A stretch of 64,000 bases of DNA from Nitrospinaceae bacterium (GCA_046754465.1 JBHHVU010000008.1:17214-81213); one strand, 5' to 3'; counted from the stretch's first letter, positions 1 through 10,149 are shown. The notes: generated from the sequence alone by a model not told the origin. Program-made: numbers and translations.

Positions 1-9
1 AGACTGATT

Positions 10-1071
10 TTGGATTTCGCCGTCGTGACAGGGTCGTTGGGATTGATCGGATCCGAAGCCGTCCGGTTTCTGGACGCAAAGGGGATGCGGGTCCTCGGCG
101 TGGATAACGACATGCGCCGCGCGTTTTTCGGCGACGCTGCTTCCAGCCTCTGGAACCGGGACGCGCTGGAAAAGGATTGCCCCGGTTACCGGCACCATCC
201 GCTGGACATCCGGTCCGAAAAAGACATGGACCGTTTGTTCGGCGAATACGGCGGGGACATCAAACTCATCATCCATGCCGCCGCGCAGCCTTCCCACGAC
301 TGGGCCGCCAAGGATCCGGCGACGGATTTCACGATCAACGCCAACGGTACGCTGGTGCTTCTGGAGAGGACGCGCCGGTATTGTCCGGAAGCGGTGTTCA
401 TTCATTTGTCCACCAACAAGGTTTACGGGGACCGGCCCAACTCGCTTCCCCTGGTGGAGATGGAAACCCGGTGGGAACTGGAGAGCACACACCCCTACCA
501 TGAACACGGGATCGACGAGTCGATGAGCATCGACCAGAGCACGCACTCCGTGTTCGGCGCCTCGAAGGCCGCGGCGGATCTCCTGGTGCAGGAGTACGGA
601 AGATATTTCGGAATCCGCACCGCCTGTTTCCGGGGGGGATGCCTCACCGGCTCCCGGCACGCCGGCACGGAATTGCACGGATTCCTCTCCTACCTGATGA
701 TCCGCGCCATACAAAGGAAACCTTATACGGTTTACGGTTATAAGGGGAAGCAGGTGCGGGACAACATCCACAGTTACGACCTCGTCAACGCCCTCTACCA
801 TTTTTACCGGAATCCGGGAACGGGCAAGGTATACAACATGGGCGGCGGGCGGAACAGCAACTGTTCCATGCTCGAGGCCATCGCCCTGTGCGAAGAAATT
901 TCCGGCAACTGGATCGATTGGAAGTATGAAGACTCGCCCCGGGTCGGGGATCACATCTGGTGGGTGAGCGACGTTCGCCGCTTTAAGAAAGATCACCCGG
1001 AGTGGGATTACCAATACGATTTGCGCCGGACCCTGGAAGAGATCCACCACGGTTTGGCCGAGCGGATTTGA
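10..1071 (+). CDS. NAD-dependent epimerase/dehydratase (extended SDR, sugar-nucleotide epimerase-like)
   Basis: 353-aa ORF with an N-terminal Rossmann GxxGxxG ([11 protein letters not shown]) plus STNKVYGD and [11 protein letters not shown] core blocks typical of extended SDRs. Start is uncertain: TTG at 10, and the frame stays open to the window edge. Confidence 0.8.
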   Translation: MDFAVVTGSLGLIGSEAVRFLDAKGMRVLGVDNDMRRAFFGDAASSLWNRDALEKDCPGYRHHPLDIRSEKDMDRLFGEYGGDIKLIIHAAAQPSHDWAAKDPATDFTINANGTLVLLERTRRYCPEAVFIHLSTNKVYGDRPNSLPLVEMETRWELESTHPYHEHGIDESMSIDQSTHSVFGASKAAADLLVQEYGRYFGIRTACFRGGCLTGSRHAGTELHGFLSYLMIRAIQRKPYTVYGYKGKQVRDNIHSYDLVNALYHFYRNPGTGKVYNMGGGRNSNCSMLEAIALCEEISGNWIDWKYEDSPRVGDHIWWVSDVRRFKKDHPEWDYQYDLRRTLEEIHHGLAERI

Positions 1072-1168
1072 GCCGGTCCGGTTCCCTGGCGTTCCGGATT
1101 AAAGGGAGGTCTGCCGGGCGGCAGCCGGAAGGGGGGCAGGGGACCCCGAACATCTCCCAACGTCAATA

Positions 1169-2446
1169 TCAAAAGGGATCGTCCGGATTTCTCTTTAACA
1201 GCACGCTGGAAATTTCGCTGGGAATGCCGTCGCGGATGATGGTCAGGCGGACCTTGTTGCCGGGGGCGAGGCCCAGCATTTTCCTGCGGAAGATGATAAA
1301 GTTTTTGAGGGGCTGGCCGTCCATTTTAACGATAATGTCTTTCGGCTTTATTCCCGATTTTTCTGCGGGACTGCCTTTTTCAACTTCCTTCACCAGCAGC
1401 GCGCCCGCTTCGTCGTAATTCAATTCCACTGCATCCTGGAGGCTCAGGGGAACCGCCTTGATTCCCAGCCATCCCCGATCCGTTTGGCCCAGGACTAGCA
1501 TCGGCATCACCTCTTTAACGGTGTTGACCGGAACGGCGAATCCGATCAATTGCGCCTCGGTCACGATGGCGGTGTTGATACCCACCACTTCCCCGTAAAG
1601 GTTGAGAAGGGGCCCGCCGCTGCTGCCAGGGTTGATGGCGGAATCGGTCTGAAGGAAGTTGGCGTATTGGTCGTTCATCCGGGGCGACACCCGTTCCTTG
1701 GCGCTGATGATTCCCGACGTCACGGAGTGTCTCAATCCCAACGGATTGCCAATGGCCAGAACCAGTTCCCCGGTTCGCAAACTGTCCGAATTGCCGAGCG
1801 GCAGGATGGTGAGAAGGTGATCGGGTTCTATTTTGATCAGTGCGGTGTCCGTGAGGCGGTCCATCCCGATTATTTTGGCGGGATACTCTTTTCTTTCCTC
1901 GGAGAGCAGCACCCGGATGTCCAAGGCGTTTTGAATCACGTGCGCGTTGGTGAGGATGTAGCCCTGCTCGTTGATGATGAATCCGGAGCCGAGGCTGAGC
2001 CCCTCGGTTTTGAAGGGGATGGGAACCTGAAAGGGGACGATCTCGAAAAGGGTGGAAATGACGGGGATCTTGATGGGCAGGAGATCGTTGGGGGCGATCC
2101 CGAACTTGGCCTCCCTTTCTTCCAGCCTGAGGGTGTAAATATTCACCACACCGTCTTTCACTTTTTCCGTCAGGTCCGCGAAGGTGTTGTTGTGAATGAC
2201 AATTTGTTTGCTTTTTTCCGCCGCCGTTTCCTCGAACCAGAAATTTTTCAGGTTGAGTTCCTGGAAGGAGATTTCCTTGAACCGTTTGTCGAAAATAGGC
2301 GCTTCCGAATTGACCAGGGATTCGTTCGTTTCCTTGGGGGTCTTCGAGAGGGTGCACCCCGTGGCGGTTAGGAAGATCGAGAGAAAAAACGTCAGCGCCG
2401 TTGAGGGAATAGGCCGGAGGAGGGAAAGGGTGTTTTTGGTTTTCAT
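1169..2446 (-). CDS. HtrA/DegP-family periplasmic serine protease with one PDZ domain
   Basis: Trypsin-like triad context (ILTNAHV; DSAINPGSSGGPLLN) and a C-terminal PDZ-like segment. I chose the internal ATG at 2446 (MKTKNTL...) because it gives a hydrophobic signal peptide ending ...LTATGC. The 520-aa ORF-track version adds an implausible Arg/Gly-rich extension. Confidence 0.9.
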   Translation of the reverse strand: MKTKNTLSLLRPIPSTALTFFLSIFLTATGCTLSKTPKETNESLVNSEAPIFDKRFKEISFQELNLKNFWFEETAAEKSKQIVIHNNTFADLTEKVKDGVVNIYTLRLEEREAKFGIAPNDLLPIKIPVISTLFEIVPFQVPIPFKTEGLSLGSGFIINEQGYILTNAHVIQNALDIRVLLSEERKEYPAKIIGMDRLTDTALIKIEPDHLLTILPLGNSDSLRTGELVLAIGNPLGLRHSVTSGIISAKERVSPRMNDQYANFLQTDSAINPGSSGGPLLNLYGEVVGINTAIVTEAQLIGFAVPVNTVKEVMPMLVLGQTDRGWLGIKAVPLSLQDAVELNYDEAGALLVKEVEKGSPAEKSGIKPKDIIVKMDGQPLKNFIIFRRKMLGLAPGNKVRLTIIRDGIPSEISSVLLKRNPDDPF

Positions 2447-2508
2447 GATTCTGGCCCGATAGTTTATAGGGTTTGACTTTTTTTTATTGATGGGGCGAGC
2501 GGTATTTT

Positions 2509-3306
2509 TTAATAGGGATTCAGATTGACCCCGCCGTCGACGGTAAAATGCGTTCCGGTGATCCAGCACGCCCGGTCGGAGGCTAAAAACAGGACCAGGC
2601 CCGAGACATCCTCCGGCATTCCCATTCGTTTCAGGAGGACCTGGTCCGCGGTATGGGAGCGGATTTCCTCGGTCATCGCCTTCAAATCCTTTCCCGATTG
2701 TTGGCTGGCGAGTTGGGCTTCGAGCACCCAAGACCGGGTCCAGACCGGACCCGGGGCCACCGAATTGACCAGGATTTTATCCGGAGCCAGGGTTTGCGCG
2801 AGGGAGACGGTGAAATTGGACAAGGCGGCTTTCATGGCGCTGTAATGGGGAAACATTTCTCCGGGGCGGGAACCGGCAATAGAGGTGATGTTGATGATCC
2901 TCGGTGCGCCGGAATGCTTGAGCGTGGGAAGGAACAGCCGCGAAAGACGCACCGCCGGCATGAGGTTGATGTTGAAGGAATCCTGCCAGTCCTGGTCGGA
3001 GATTTCCAGAAAATTTCCCATTTTCACAATCGAGCCGACGTTATTGACCAGAACATCCAGTCCGCCAAAATCTTCCATGACCCGGTCGTGGAGGGATTGT
3101 ATGTCATCCCGTTTCGTGAGGTCCGCCGGGAGGAATAAATGCCCGGTCCCTTCGGCTTCCGAGGCTAGGGCGGAGAGCCGGTTTTCGGACCGGGCGCATC
3201 CGGCCACCCGGGCTCCCGACCGGGCGAAATCCAGCGCCAGAGTCCGGCCGATTCCCTCCCCGATGCCGGTAATGAGAACTTTCCGGCCTTCCAGATTCAT
3301 ATCCAT
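2509..3306 (-). CDS. short-chain dehydrogenase/reductase (classical SDR)
   Basis: TGxxxGIG motif (ITGIGEGIGRT), NNVG block and catalytic YxxxK (YSAMKAAL); 265 aa. Confidence 0.85.
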   Translation of the reverse strand: MDMNLEGRKVLITGIGEGIGRTLALDFARSGARVAGCARSENRLSALASEAEGTGHLFLPADLTKRDDIQSLHDRVMEDFGGLDVLVNNVGSIVKMGNFLEISDQDWQDSFNINLMPAVRLSRLFLPTLKHSGAPRIINITSIAGSRPGEMFPHYSAMKAALSNFTVSLAQTLAPDKILVNSVAPGPVWTRSWVLEAQLASQQSGKDLKAMTEEIRSHTADQVLLKRMGMPEDVSGLVLFLASDRACWITGTHFTVDGGVNLNPY

Positions 3307-3353
3307 GATAAAATCCTCGCTTCCTTCAACCTGTCAGTTCTCTTCCGGCATCG

Positions 3354-3710
3354 ATGGATCCCGAACTTATAGAAAAGATCACGGCATCTCCTTCACTGCC
3401 CTGGGTATTCACCGCGATCGGGTTTCATGTCATCAACGCATTTCTGGGGACCTTCATGGCATTCGTGGATCGAACAGACCTCTTGGTCAAAATCCACCGA
3501 TGGGTGTATATCAGTGTCCTGGTTAGTCTGGCGGGTTTCCTGGTTCTCAATCATATCCACTCGGCCAATACTCCATGGGACTATCTTATATTTATTTACT
3601 TTATCACAATCATCCCGATCAGCAAACGTTGGGATGTTCTCGTGCATGCGCTTTTTTCTATCGTGGGCCTGACGCTGCTTCCCGTGCTGATTCTTTTGCA
3701 ACTGTTTTGA
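3354..3710 (+). CDS. hypothetical small membrane protein (about 4 TM helices)
   Basis: 118-aa ORF with four hydrophobic stretches and no recognisable motif. Confidence 0.45.
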   Translation: MDPELIEKITASPSLPWVFTAIGFHVINAFLGTFMAFVDRTDLLVKIHRWVYISVLVSLAGFLVLNHIHSANTPWDYLIFIYFITIIPISKRWDVLVHALFSIVGLTLLPVLILLQLF

Positions 3711-3894
3711 ACTTTCCTCCTTGATGAATCATGATGCCGCGGATGGGTGACATTTTTGTGGCGTTGAGGATATTTTTGTTTTCCGGCGGGAACCTGGAAA
3801 AATCAATAATGGGTTGCGGACAACCGGGAACTTTTAGTAGGAGGAGTATACGGGGAAGGGTAAAACGATAAATAAACCGTTGTTTATTTACAGA

Positions 3895-4200
3895 TCACTC
3901 CTGGACGGCGGATTTGACGGTGATATCGCCATAGACTTTAGCCCGGCACCCCAGCTTCTGGTTGGGTCCGAGCTTGTGGAGTTTTTCGATGAAGGTTTGG
4001 GGATCGACGTTTTCCATGGGTTCGACTTCGATAAGGCAGGTGCCGCAGACTCCCATTCCCCGACAGTTGAGGTACTTATTCATTCCCCGGTAGATCTCGA
4101 TATCTTTATAGGCCGCGGCTTGGCGCAAATTGGCCCCATAGCCGGCCTTGAAGGTAGTGGTCTCGTTGGTCTCGGTATTGTGTACGGTTATTTTCGGCAT
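3895..4200 (-). CDS. 2Fe-2S ferredoxin-like protein
   Basis: Cys pattern C-x5-C-x2-C-x29-C (CRGMGVCGTC...LGC), resembling plant-type [2Fe-2S] ferredoxins. Start is taken at the internal ATG 4200 (MPKITVHN). It lies 90 nt downstream of cysN(C) on the same strand. Confidence 0.7.
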   Translation of the reverse strand: MPKITVHNTETNETTTFKAGYGANLRQAAAYKDIEIYRGMNKYLNCRGMGVCGTCLIEVEPMENVDPQTFIEKLHKLGPNQKLGCRAKVYGDITVKSAVQE

Positions 4201-4290
4201 AGCAAAAAACTTTCCCCCGATACATCGATCCGTTGTTAGCCCGTTTGCATGAAGGGGTAATTCTGCATGAGAATAGAAAAAAGTCAATCC

Positions 4291-6123
4291 TTAAATCGAA
4301 TAATTGTGTCCCACGAGGATTTTTTTGCTCTTCAAGTATTTGTAAATCTTGCCGGCGGCCTCGGCTTCATTTTTGGCCTCCTTCGGGGTGAGAACCACAT
4401 CCGATTTGGCCATCGGGCCGGGGGTGTTGGTGATCTGGATATCTACGACGGGGTAAGGTTCCGCGAGCAGGCGGATGTCGGCATCCTCCTCCTGGTTGAA
4501 CGCATTGGAAGTGGAAATCACCACATGTCCCGCGTCGAGGAAGAGTTTGGCGACTTCGCCGAACCGGCGCACCGTTTCTCCATCGGAATAGGAATGTTCC
4601 TTTTCATTGATGTCCGCCGCGACTCCCAGACGTACATTTCGTCTGTCGAGGAGGTAGCTCTGGAAATTCAGTTTAAAAAGTTTTTCCTCCAGGTGCCGGG
4701 CGAGGTTGGCTTTCCCGATTCCGCTCTCGCCGGAGATGAGGATGAGGGCGGCCCGGTGCCCGTTGCGGTAAGCCCGTTCCTCGGATTTGATGTTACTTTG
4801 CACCCAGTTGAAGTTGCGGTACCGAATCTCCTGCCTCAGTTTATCCTCTTTATTGGAGGGGGTGTAGGTGATGATGATTCCGCCGCCGCAAACGTCGTAT
4901 TCATCGACCATGACGAACCGCCCGGTGGTAGCGCTGGAGCCGAACAGATCAAAAACCACCGGTTTCCGTGTTTTCAAGGTGATTTCCCCCACATCATTTT
5001 TGGCAATGAAATCTTGATCGGCGAGGGTTTCCAAGGTGGAGGCATCGATGACCCGCTTGAATTCCACCACCTCGCAGGGCACCTCCTGGGTGGTCAGTTT
5101 CAAGGTATAGGTTTTTCCTTTTTCCAGCCGCCGTTTTCCCATCCAGAACAGGTTGACGTCGAAGGTGCTGGACACGATGGGTAATTCGTCGACCCGGCTG
5201 GCCAGGTCGCCGCGTTCCACGAAAATCTGGTCCTCCAGGGTGAAGCCAATGGATTGAGAAGCCTGCGCCTCGACCGGGGGTTCGTCCACGCTCCAGGCTT
5301 CGATGGTTTTGACCACACCTTTCTTGTTGGACGGGGAAAATACGAGATGATCCCCCACCTTCAATCTGCCAGCCTCGACCCTTCCGGCGATGATGCGCCT
5401 ATGATCGAATTTATACACGTCCTGAACCGGGAAGCGGAACGGGAGATGACTGGGCGGAGCTTTTTCCTCGAACTGGTCCAGCATTTCCAGGATCGTTGGT
5501 CCCTTGTACCAGGGCATTTCGTTATCGCGTTTGGCGATGTTGACTCCCTGTTTGGCGGAAACGGGGATGAATGCCCGGGCCTCGACTCCCAGGGATTCCA
5601 GAAAGGAAACGTATTCGGCCTTGATCCTGAAGAACACTTCCGGATCGTAGTCGACCAGGTCCATTTTGTTGACGACGACCGCCACCTGGGTGAGGCCGAG
5701 CAATTTCAGAATATACCCGTGCCGACGCGTTTGCTCCTGGACCCCCTCGTACGCGTCGATCAAAAGGAGGGCGGTATCCGCGTTGGCCGCGCCCGTCACC
5801 ATGTTTTTGAGAAACTCCTTGTGTCCGGGCGCGTCGATGATGACGTAATGCCGTTTCCGGGTTTTGAAAAATATCTGGGACGTGTCGATGGTGATCCCCT
5901 GGTCCTGCTCCTCTTCAAGAGCGTCGAGCAGGAAGGCGAATTCAAACGCCTTGCCCTGACGTTCGCAGATGTCCTTCACGAAATCCAGCTTCCCATCGGG
6001 CAGACTCCCTGTGTCCGAGAGCAGCCGGCCCACCAGCGTGGATTTGCCGTGATCGACGTGACCGACTATGACCAGCCGCATTTGCCGTCCGGAAATAGCG
6101 GTGGCGCTTCCGTTATCGTTCAT
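4291..6123 (-). CDS. cysN: sulfate adenylyltransferase subunit 1 (CysN GTPase) fused to an APS-kinase-like C-terminal domain
   Basis: GTPase G1 motif GHVDHGKSTLVGRLL, plus DAPGH and NKMD blocks. The C-terminal 161 aa align to CysC but with altered motifs. ATG at 6123 overlaps the cysD stop (TAATG). Confidence 0.85.
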   Translation of the reverse strand: MNDNGSATAISGRQMRLVIVGHVDHGKSTLVGRLLSDTGSLPDGKLDFVKDICERQGKAFEFAFLLDALEEEQDQGITIDTSQIFFKTRKRHYVIIDAPGHKEFLKNMVTGAANADTALLLIDAYEGVQEQTRRHGYILKLLGLTQVAVVVNKMDLVDYDPEVFFRIKAEYVSFLESLGVEARAFIPVSAKQGVNIAKRDNEMPWYKGPTILEMLDQFEEKAPPSHLPFRFPVQDVYKFDHRRIIAGRVEAGRLKVGDHLVFSPSNKKGVVKTIEAWSVDEPPVEAQASQSIGFTLEDQIFVERGDLASRVDELPIVSSTFDVNLFWMGKRRLEKGKTYTLKLTTQEVPCEVVEFKRVIDASTLETLADQDFIAKNDVGEITLKTRKPVVFDLFGSSATTGRFVMVDEYDVCGGGIIITYTPSNKEDKLRQEIRYRNFNWVQSNIKSEERAYRNGHRAALILISGESGIGKANLARHLEEKLFKLNFQSYLLDRRNVRLGVAADINEKEHSYSDGETVRRFGEVAKLFLDAGHVVISTSNAFNQEEDADIRLLAEPYPVVDIQITNTPGPMAKSDVVLTPKEAKNEAEAAGKIYKYLKSKKILVGHNYSI

Positions 6124-6929
6124 TACATGTAACCTCGTGCGCGGAGTTTCTGCATGGCGTAGGTGTCTTCCTGATCCTGCGCCCGGCCAGAGCGTTCGGC
6201 CGTGGTGATTTTGTTTTTCAGTTCGTCGACGATTTCCTCCACGGTGCGGGCGGAGGAATCGATCGAGCCGGTACAGGGTGCGCAACCCAGGGACCGGTAC
6301 CGTTTCCCTTCCTCATTGGCGAAATAGAGATCGATGATCGGAATTTTTTCGCGCAGGATGTATTCCCAAACGTTCAATTCGGTCCAGTGCAGAATCGGAT
6401 GAATGCGGATGTGGGTGCCTTCCTTGAAGGTGGTTTTGAACTGGTCCCAGAGTTCCGGGGGCTGGTCCTTGAAGTTCCACTCGAAATTTTTGTCGCGCGG
6501 GGAAAAATACCTTTCCTTGGCCCGGGTTCCCTCTTCGTCCCGCCGAATCCCCAGGATCAACCCCGTGTAGCCTTTTTCAACCATGATCTGGTGCAGTCCC
6601 TGGGTTTTCAAGGCCTCGCAGCAAACCATGCGGCCCAGGGTGTGATTCATTCCCTCCTCCAGCGCCTTTTTGTTTTGACCGACAACGAGGTTCAGGTTCC
6701 ATTCCTTTGCCACTCGGTCGCGGTACTCGATCATCGAGGGAATTTTGTAACTGGTATCGATGTGGACCAACGGAATGGGGCAGTGTCCGAAAAACGCCTT
6801 GCGCGCCAGCCACACCAGTACCGTCGAGTCCTTTCCAATGGACCAGAGCATGGCGAGATTTTTGAAATTTTTGTAGGCCTCGCGAAGAATGAAAATGCTT
6901 TGGTTTTCCAGATCGTCCAAATGATCCAT
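6123..6929 (-). CDS. cysD: sulfate adenylyltransferase subunit 2
   Basis: PAPS-reductase/ATP-PPase fold signature ([15 protein letters not shown]); 268 aa; translationally coupled to cysN. Confidence 0.9.
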   Translation of the reverse strand: MDHLDDLENQSIFILREAYKNFKNLAMLWSIGKDSTVLVWLARKAFFGHCPIPLVHIDTSYKIPSMIEYRDRVAKEWNLNLVVGQNKKALEEGMNHTLGRMVCCEALKTQGLHQIMVEKGYTGLILGIRRDEEGTRAKERYFSPRDKNFEWNFKDQPPELWDQFKTTFKEGTHIRIHPILHWTELNVWEYILREKIPIIDLYFANEEGKRYRSLGCAPCTGSIDSSARTVEEIVDELKNKITTAERSGRAQDQEDTYAMQKLRARGYM

Positions 6930-7026
6930 GGTGGTGCAACCCTTCAGGTTGAATGAAAGTAAATATATGGATAACTACACTTTATCTCGATGAGGCCGGG
7001 GACGCAAGAGTTAAGGTCGAACGCCC

Positions 7027-7057
7027 AAAAAAGAAACGGTCCGCCCCCGCCGTTCTT
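7027..7057 (-). terminator. possible intrinsic terminator after the DUF2851 gene
   Basis: On the minus strand, an imperfect stem AACGG/CCGTT (extendable with one bulge) has a 10-nt G-rich loop and is followed by TTTCTTTTTT. It sits about 85 nt after the stop at 7142. Confidence 0.35.
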
Positions 7058-7141
7058 GAGTCCTTCCGTCCCTCTGAAAATCCGGGAACCTGCCGCGTCC
7101 GCCGCGGCGAGGGGATTTCGATTCCCGCGCCCGGGGGGCCG

Positions 7142-8701
7142 TCAGGAAAAATATTTCGTGACCACATCGGGAAATTGACAACGGAGACAGTTATTTTCGT
7201 TCTGGGTGCAAAAATCCTGGTACACCTGCATCAATCCCTGAATTTGCTTGTCGTTGGAAAGCACCTTAAGCATTTTTTCTTCGTTTCCGAAGATGTAATG
7301 TTTCATGAACCGCATCAGCCTGTTGTCGCTGGTTTTTTTTCCCGATTGGAAAATCCGGTGGAGGGCGGCTTCCAATTCCACCGACTTGCTTGCCCGGGCA
7401 TAAATCAAACCAATGGGAATCGCGATGTTGATGATGATTTCCCTGGACCGGGAGGGGCCGATGAGCTGCTGGGCGAGGCGGAGTGGTTTGCCTCCGGGTG
7501 AATAATGGCTGGCCCAGTAATCCGCCGCATCCACGCAAAAGAAATCGTTCAGTGTTCGCGGAACGCGGACAGTATACCCCTTGTTTCCCGAAAGCGAAAT
7601 CGCGGATTGAAGTTCCCCGAGATAATCGCCGAACAGGCCGTTCGATTCGTGACGGACGAGGAGATGGGCGAGACCGGCGATTCTTCGGTAAGGAAAATTC
7701 GCGGGGCGGATGCCCCCAAACTTCCAGTCCCGGGCCTCCAGGCGGGACGCGGGAAGCCGCCCGCGGTATAGGTTCCAAATCCCGCGGACCTTCTCGAAAT
7801 AGTTCCGGTCCTTGGTCGGCAGGCCTGCCGTGTCGAAGGATTTAGAATCGATCAGGCCGGCCATGCCAAACAAAAGGGCTTGAAGATGAATCAACTTCCC
7901 CGGTTTCCCGATCCTGGACGGAATAAGTTTCTTCAGGGCGGCCAGCGGCAGGGTCTCCGCCAGGGTCTGGAAGGGCTCCTTATTGTTGGGATAACCGAGC
8001 GCTTCCGCGACCCCTTCGTACAGGGTTTGTTCATAACCGTTGATGATGACCCGGTCGTGGAACCGCTCCATCTTCCTGAAGACGCGGGCATCGCCCGCGG
8101 CGTTCAGCAAGTGCGCCAGTTTTTCCTGGGAAAGCTTCGACAGGGGTTTGTGGCAAAGCCCGTAATTGAATTGGTGCAGGACCGGATAGCTGTCAAAATC
8201 CAACTCGTCGGTCAGTTCCATAATTCCCTTGGTCAAATAATCTTTTAATTCCAGTTCATAAATAAATTCGCCGGGCTGGGGATGGGGTTTTTGGGGGATG
8301 CGGTGGTGGGCGGGGCGGCGTTTCCCTCGTCCCTTCCACAGAAATACATGCAGGACGACCTTGTCAAAATCGGGATTGGCGGAATGGCCGTGCGTTTTCC
8401 AGTCCGTCGAATAGACATGGATTTCCACATCGCCTTCGTAAGTGATTCCATTTACCTTGATCACGGCGGATCTGAAATCCGGCCCCGGGCCAAAGTTCCA
8501 ATATCCCGGGAACAGGATTTCCAGGTTTTCCTGGTCCGTGGTTTTCAAGGCCCCTGAATGGAACAGCTGATCGTTCCAAATACAGCGGATCGTTTTTTCT
8601 GGAACACGGACCCCGGTTTCCTCCTCGCGGACCTGCACCTGGGAAAACCAGTGGGTGAATTGGAGATAAATTTCCGAGAACAGCTCTTGCGTGGCGATCA
8701 T
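7142..8701 (-). CDS. DUF2851 family protein
   Basis: Characteristic block FPGYWNFGPGPDFRSAVIKVNG..GDVEIHVYSTDWKTHGHSANPDFDKVVLHV. ATG at 8701 overlaps the cysS stop (ATGA). Confidence 0.8.
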   Translation of the reverse strand: MIATQELFSEIYLQFTHWFSQVQVREEETGVRVPEKTIRCIWNDQLFHSGALKTTDQENLEILFPGYWNFGPGPDFRSAVIKVNGITYEGDVEIHVYSTDWKTHGHSANPDFDKVVLHVFLWKGRGKRRPAHHRIPQKPHPQPGEFIYELELKDYLTKGIMELTDELDFDSYPVLHQFNYGLCHKPLSKLSQEKLAHLLNAAGDARVFRKMERFHDRVIINGYEQTLYEGVAEALGYPNNKEPFQTLAETLPLAALKKLIPSRIGKPGKLIHLQALLFGMAGLIDSKSFDTAGLPTKDRNYFEKVRGIWNLYRGRLPASRLEARDWKFGGIRPANFPYRRIAGLAHLLVRHESNGLFGDYLGELQSAISLSGNKGYTVRVPRTLNDFFCVDAADYWASHYSPGGKPLRLAQQLIGPSRSREIIINIAIPIGLIYARASKSVELEAALHRIFQSGKKTSDNRLMRFMKHYIFGNEEKMLKVLSNDKQIQGLMQVYQDFCTQNENNCLRCQFPDVVTKYFS

Positions 8702-10149
8702 TGGAGTTTCCATTCCGTGCCGTGCGGCGTGTCCTCCAGGACAACGCCCATCTGGGCGAGTTGGTCCCGGCATTGATCGGCCCGGCTCCAATCCCTGGAT
8801 TTCCTGGCGGCGTTTCTCTGGGCGATGAGTTCCTCGATCTTTTTGGTATCCAGGTGGCGTTCGCGGTTTTTCAACTCAAAGAGTTCCGCGCGGTATTGTT
8901 CGGGGCTTCTGAAAAACAGGCCCAGCACACGGCCGGACTCTTCCAGGGCTTTCCGGCTGATGCCGAGAGCCTCCAGTGGGTTGGGGCCGCCGGTGGGTTC
9001 ATGGACCTGTTTGTTCAGGCGCCGCAGTTCCTCGTTCATGTGGGCCAGGGCCACGGCGGTATTGAAGTCGTCGTTCATCGCCGCCTCGAATTTCTGAATG
9101 AAGGGATAATCACGAAGTTTTTCCCGCGAACCGTGGACCGGATGCCCATTTTTTTCCTTGATAATTTCATCGGCGGCAGCCAAGCCTTCATAAAACCGGG
9201 TCAGCACTTTTTCGGCGTCCCGCAGGTTGTCCTCGGAAAAATCAATGGGGTTTCGGTAATGGCTGCTGATCAGAAAGAGTCTCAGGACTTCCGGGTGGTG
9301 TTGTTTATAAATTTCCCGGATGGTGAAGAAATTGCCCAGCGATTTGGACATTTTCTCCTTGTCGATATTGACGAATCCGTTGTGTATCCAGAACCGGACA
9401 GGCGGTTTCCCCGAAGCCCCCCGGGATTGGGCAATTTCATTTTCGTGGTGGGGGAAGATCAGGTCCTTTCCGCCGCCGTGGATATCGAAGGTTTCTCCCA
9501 GATATTTCCTTCCCATCGCCGAACATTCGATGTGCCAACCGGGACGGCCCGGACCCCAGGGACTCTCCCATGCCGGTTCTTCCGGCTTGCTCCGTTTCCA
9601 CAAGGCGAAATCGAGGGGATCGCGTTTGTTTGCGTTCACTTCCACACGCGCCCCGGCTAAAAGATCCTCGGTGTTTTTTCCCGAAAGCCTGCCGTAATCC
9701 TGGAAGGCCTTGACGGAAAAGAAAACGTCTCCATTCGCTTCATAGGCCATCTCCTTATCGATGAGGGAGCGGATCATCCCGATCATTTCGGGGATATGGT
9801 CGGTGGCCTTGGGTTCCAGGGTGGGTTCCGCGATATTCAGTTTCCCCATGTCTTCATAAAAGGCATCGATGTATTTTCGGGTCAGTTCCGTCCAGAGGAT
9901 GTTTTCTTCCTGGGCTCTTTTGATGATCTTGTCGTCGATATCCGTGAAGTTCCGGGCGTAGGTCACCTCGTATCCCAGGTATTTCAAATACCGGTAGATG
10001 GTATCGAAAACGGCCGCCGCCCGTGCGTGCCCCACATGGCAGAAATCGTAAACGGTGACGCCACAGACGTACATTCCGACCCGGTTGTCCCGGATCGGGA
10101 TGAAGGCCTCCTTTTGCCTCGACAGGGAGTTGTAGATACGTAAACTCAT
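8698..10149 (-). CDS. cysS: cysteine--tRNA ligase
   Basis: Class I aaRS HIGH-type motif (CHVGHARA) and KMSKS (KMSKSLGN). ATG at 10149 is preferred over the TTG at 10158. Confidence 0.95.
   Translation of the reverse strand: MSLRIYNSLSRQKEAFIPIRDNRVGMYVCGVTVYDFCHVGHARAAAVFDTIYRYLKYLGYEVTYARNFTDIDDKIIKRAQEENILWTELTRKYIDAFYEDMGKLNIAEPTLEPKATDHIPEMIGMIRSLIDKEMAYEANGDVFFSVKAFQDYGRLSGKNTEDLLAGARVEVNANKRDPLDFALWKRSKPEEPAWESPWGPGRPGWHIECSAMGRKYLGETFDIHGGGKDLIFPHHENEIAQSRGASGKPPVRFWIHNGFVNIDKEKMSKSLGNFFTIREIYKQHHPEVLRLFLISSHYRNPIDFSEDNLRDAEKVLTRFYEGLAAADEIIKEKNGHPVHGSREKLRDYPFIQKFEAAMNDDFNTAVALAHMNEELRRLNKQVHEPTGGPNPLEALGISRKALEESGRVLGLFFRSPEQYRAELFELKNRERHLDTKKIEELIAQRNAARKSRDWSRADQCRDQLAQMGVVLEDTPHGTEWKLQ

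Noticed and set aside
2447-2731. N-terminal extensions in the ORF track, for example HtrA at 520 aa. The same applies to CysN at 664 aa, DUF2851 at 549 aa, VOC at 162 aa, ferredoxin at 130 aa and methyltransferase A at 445 aa.
   Set aside because: The extensions are Arg/Gly/Pro-rich and overlap neighbouring genes. They precede internal starts that give proper signal peptides, family-typical N-termini or classic stop/start overlaps.
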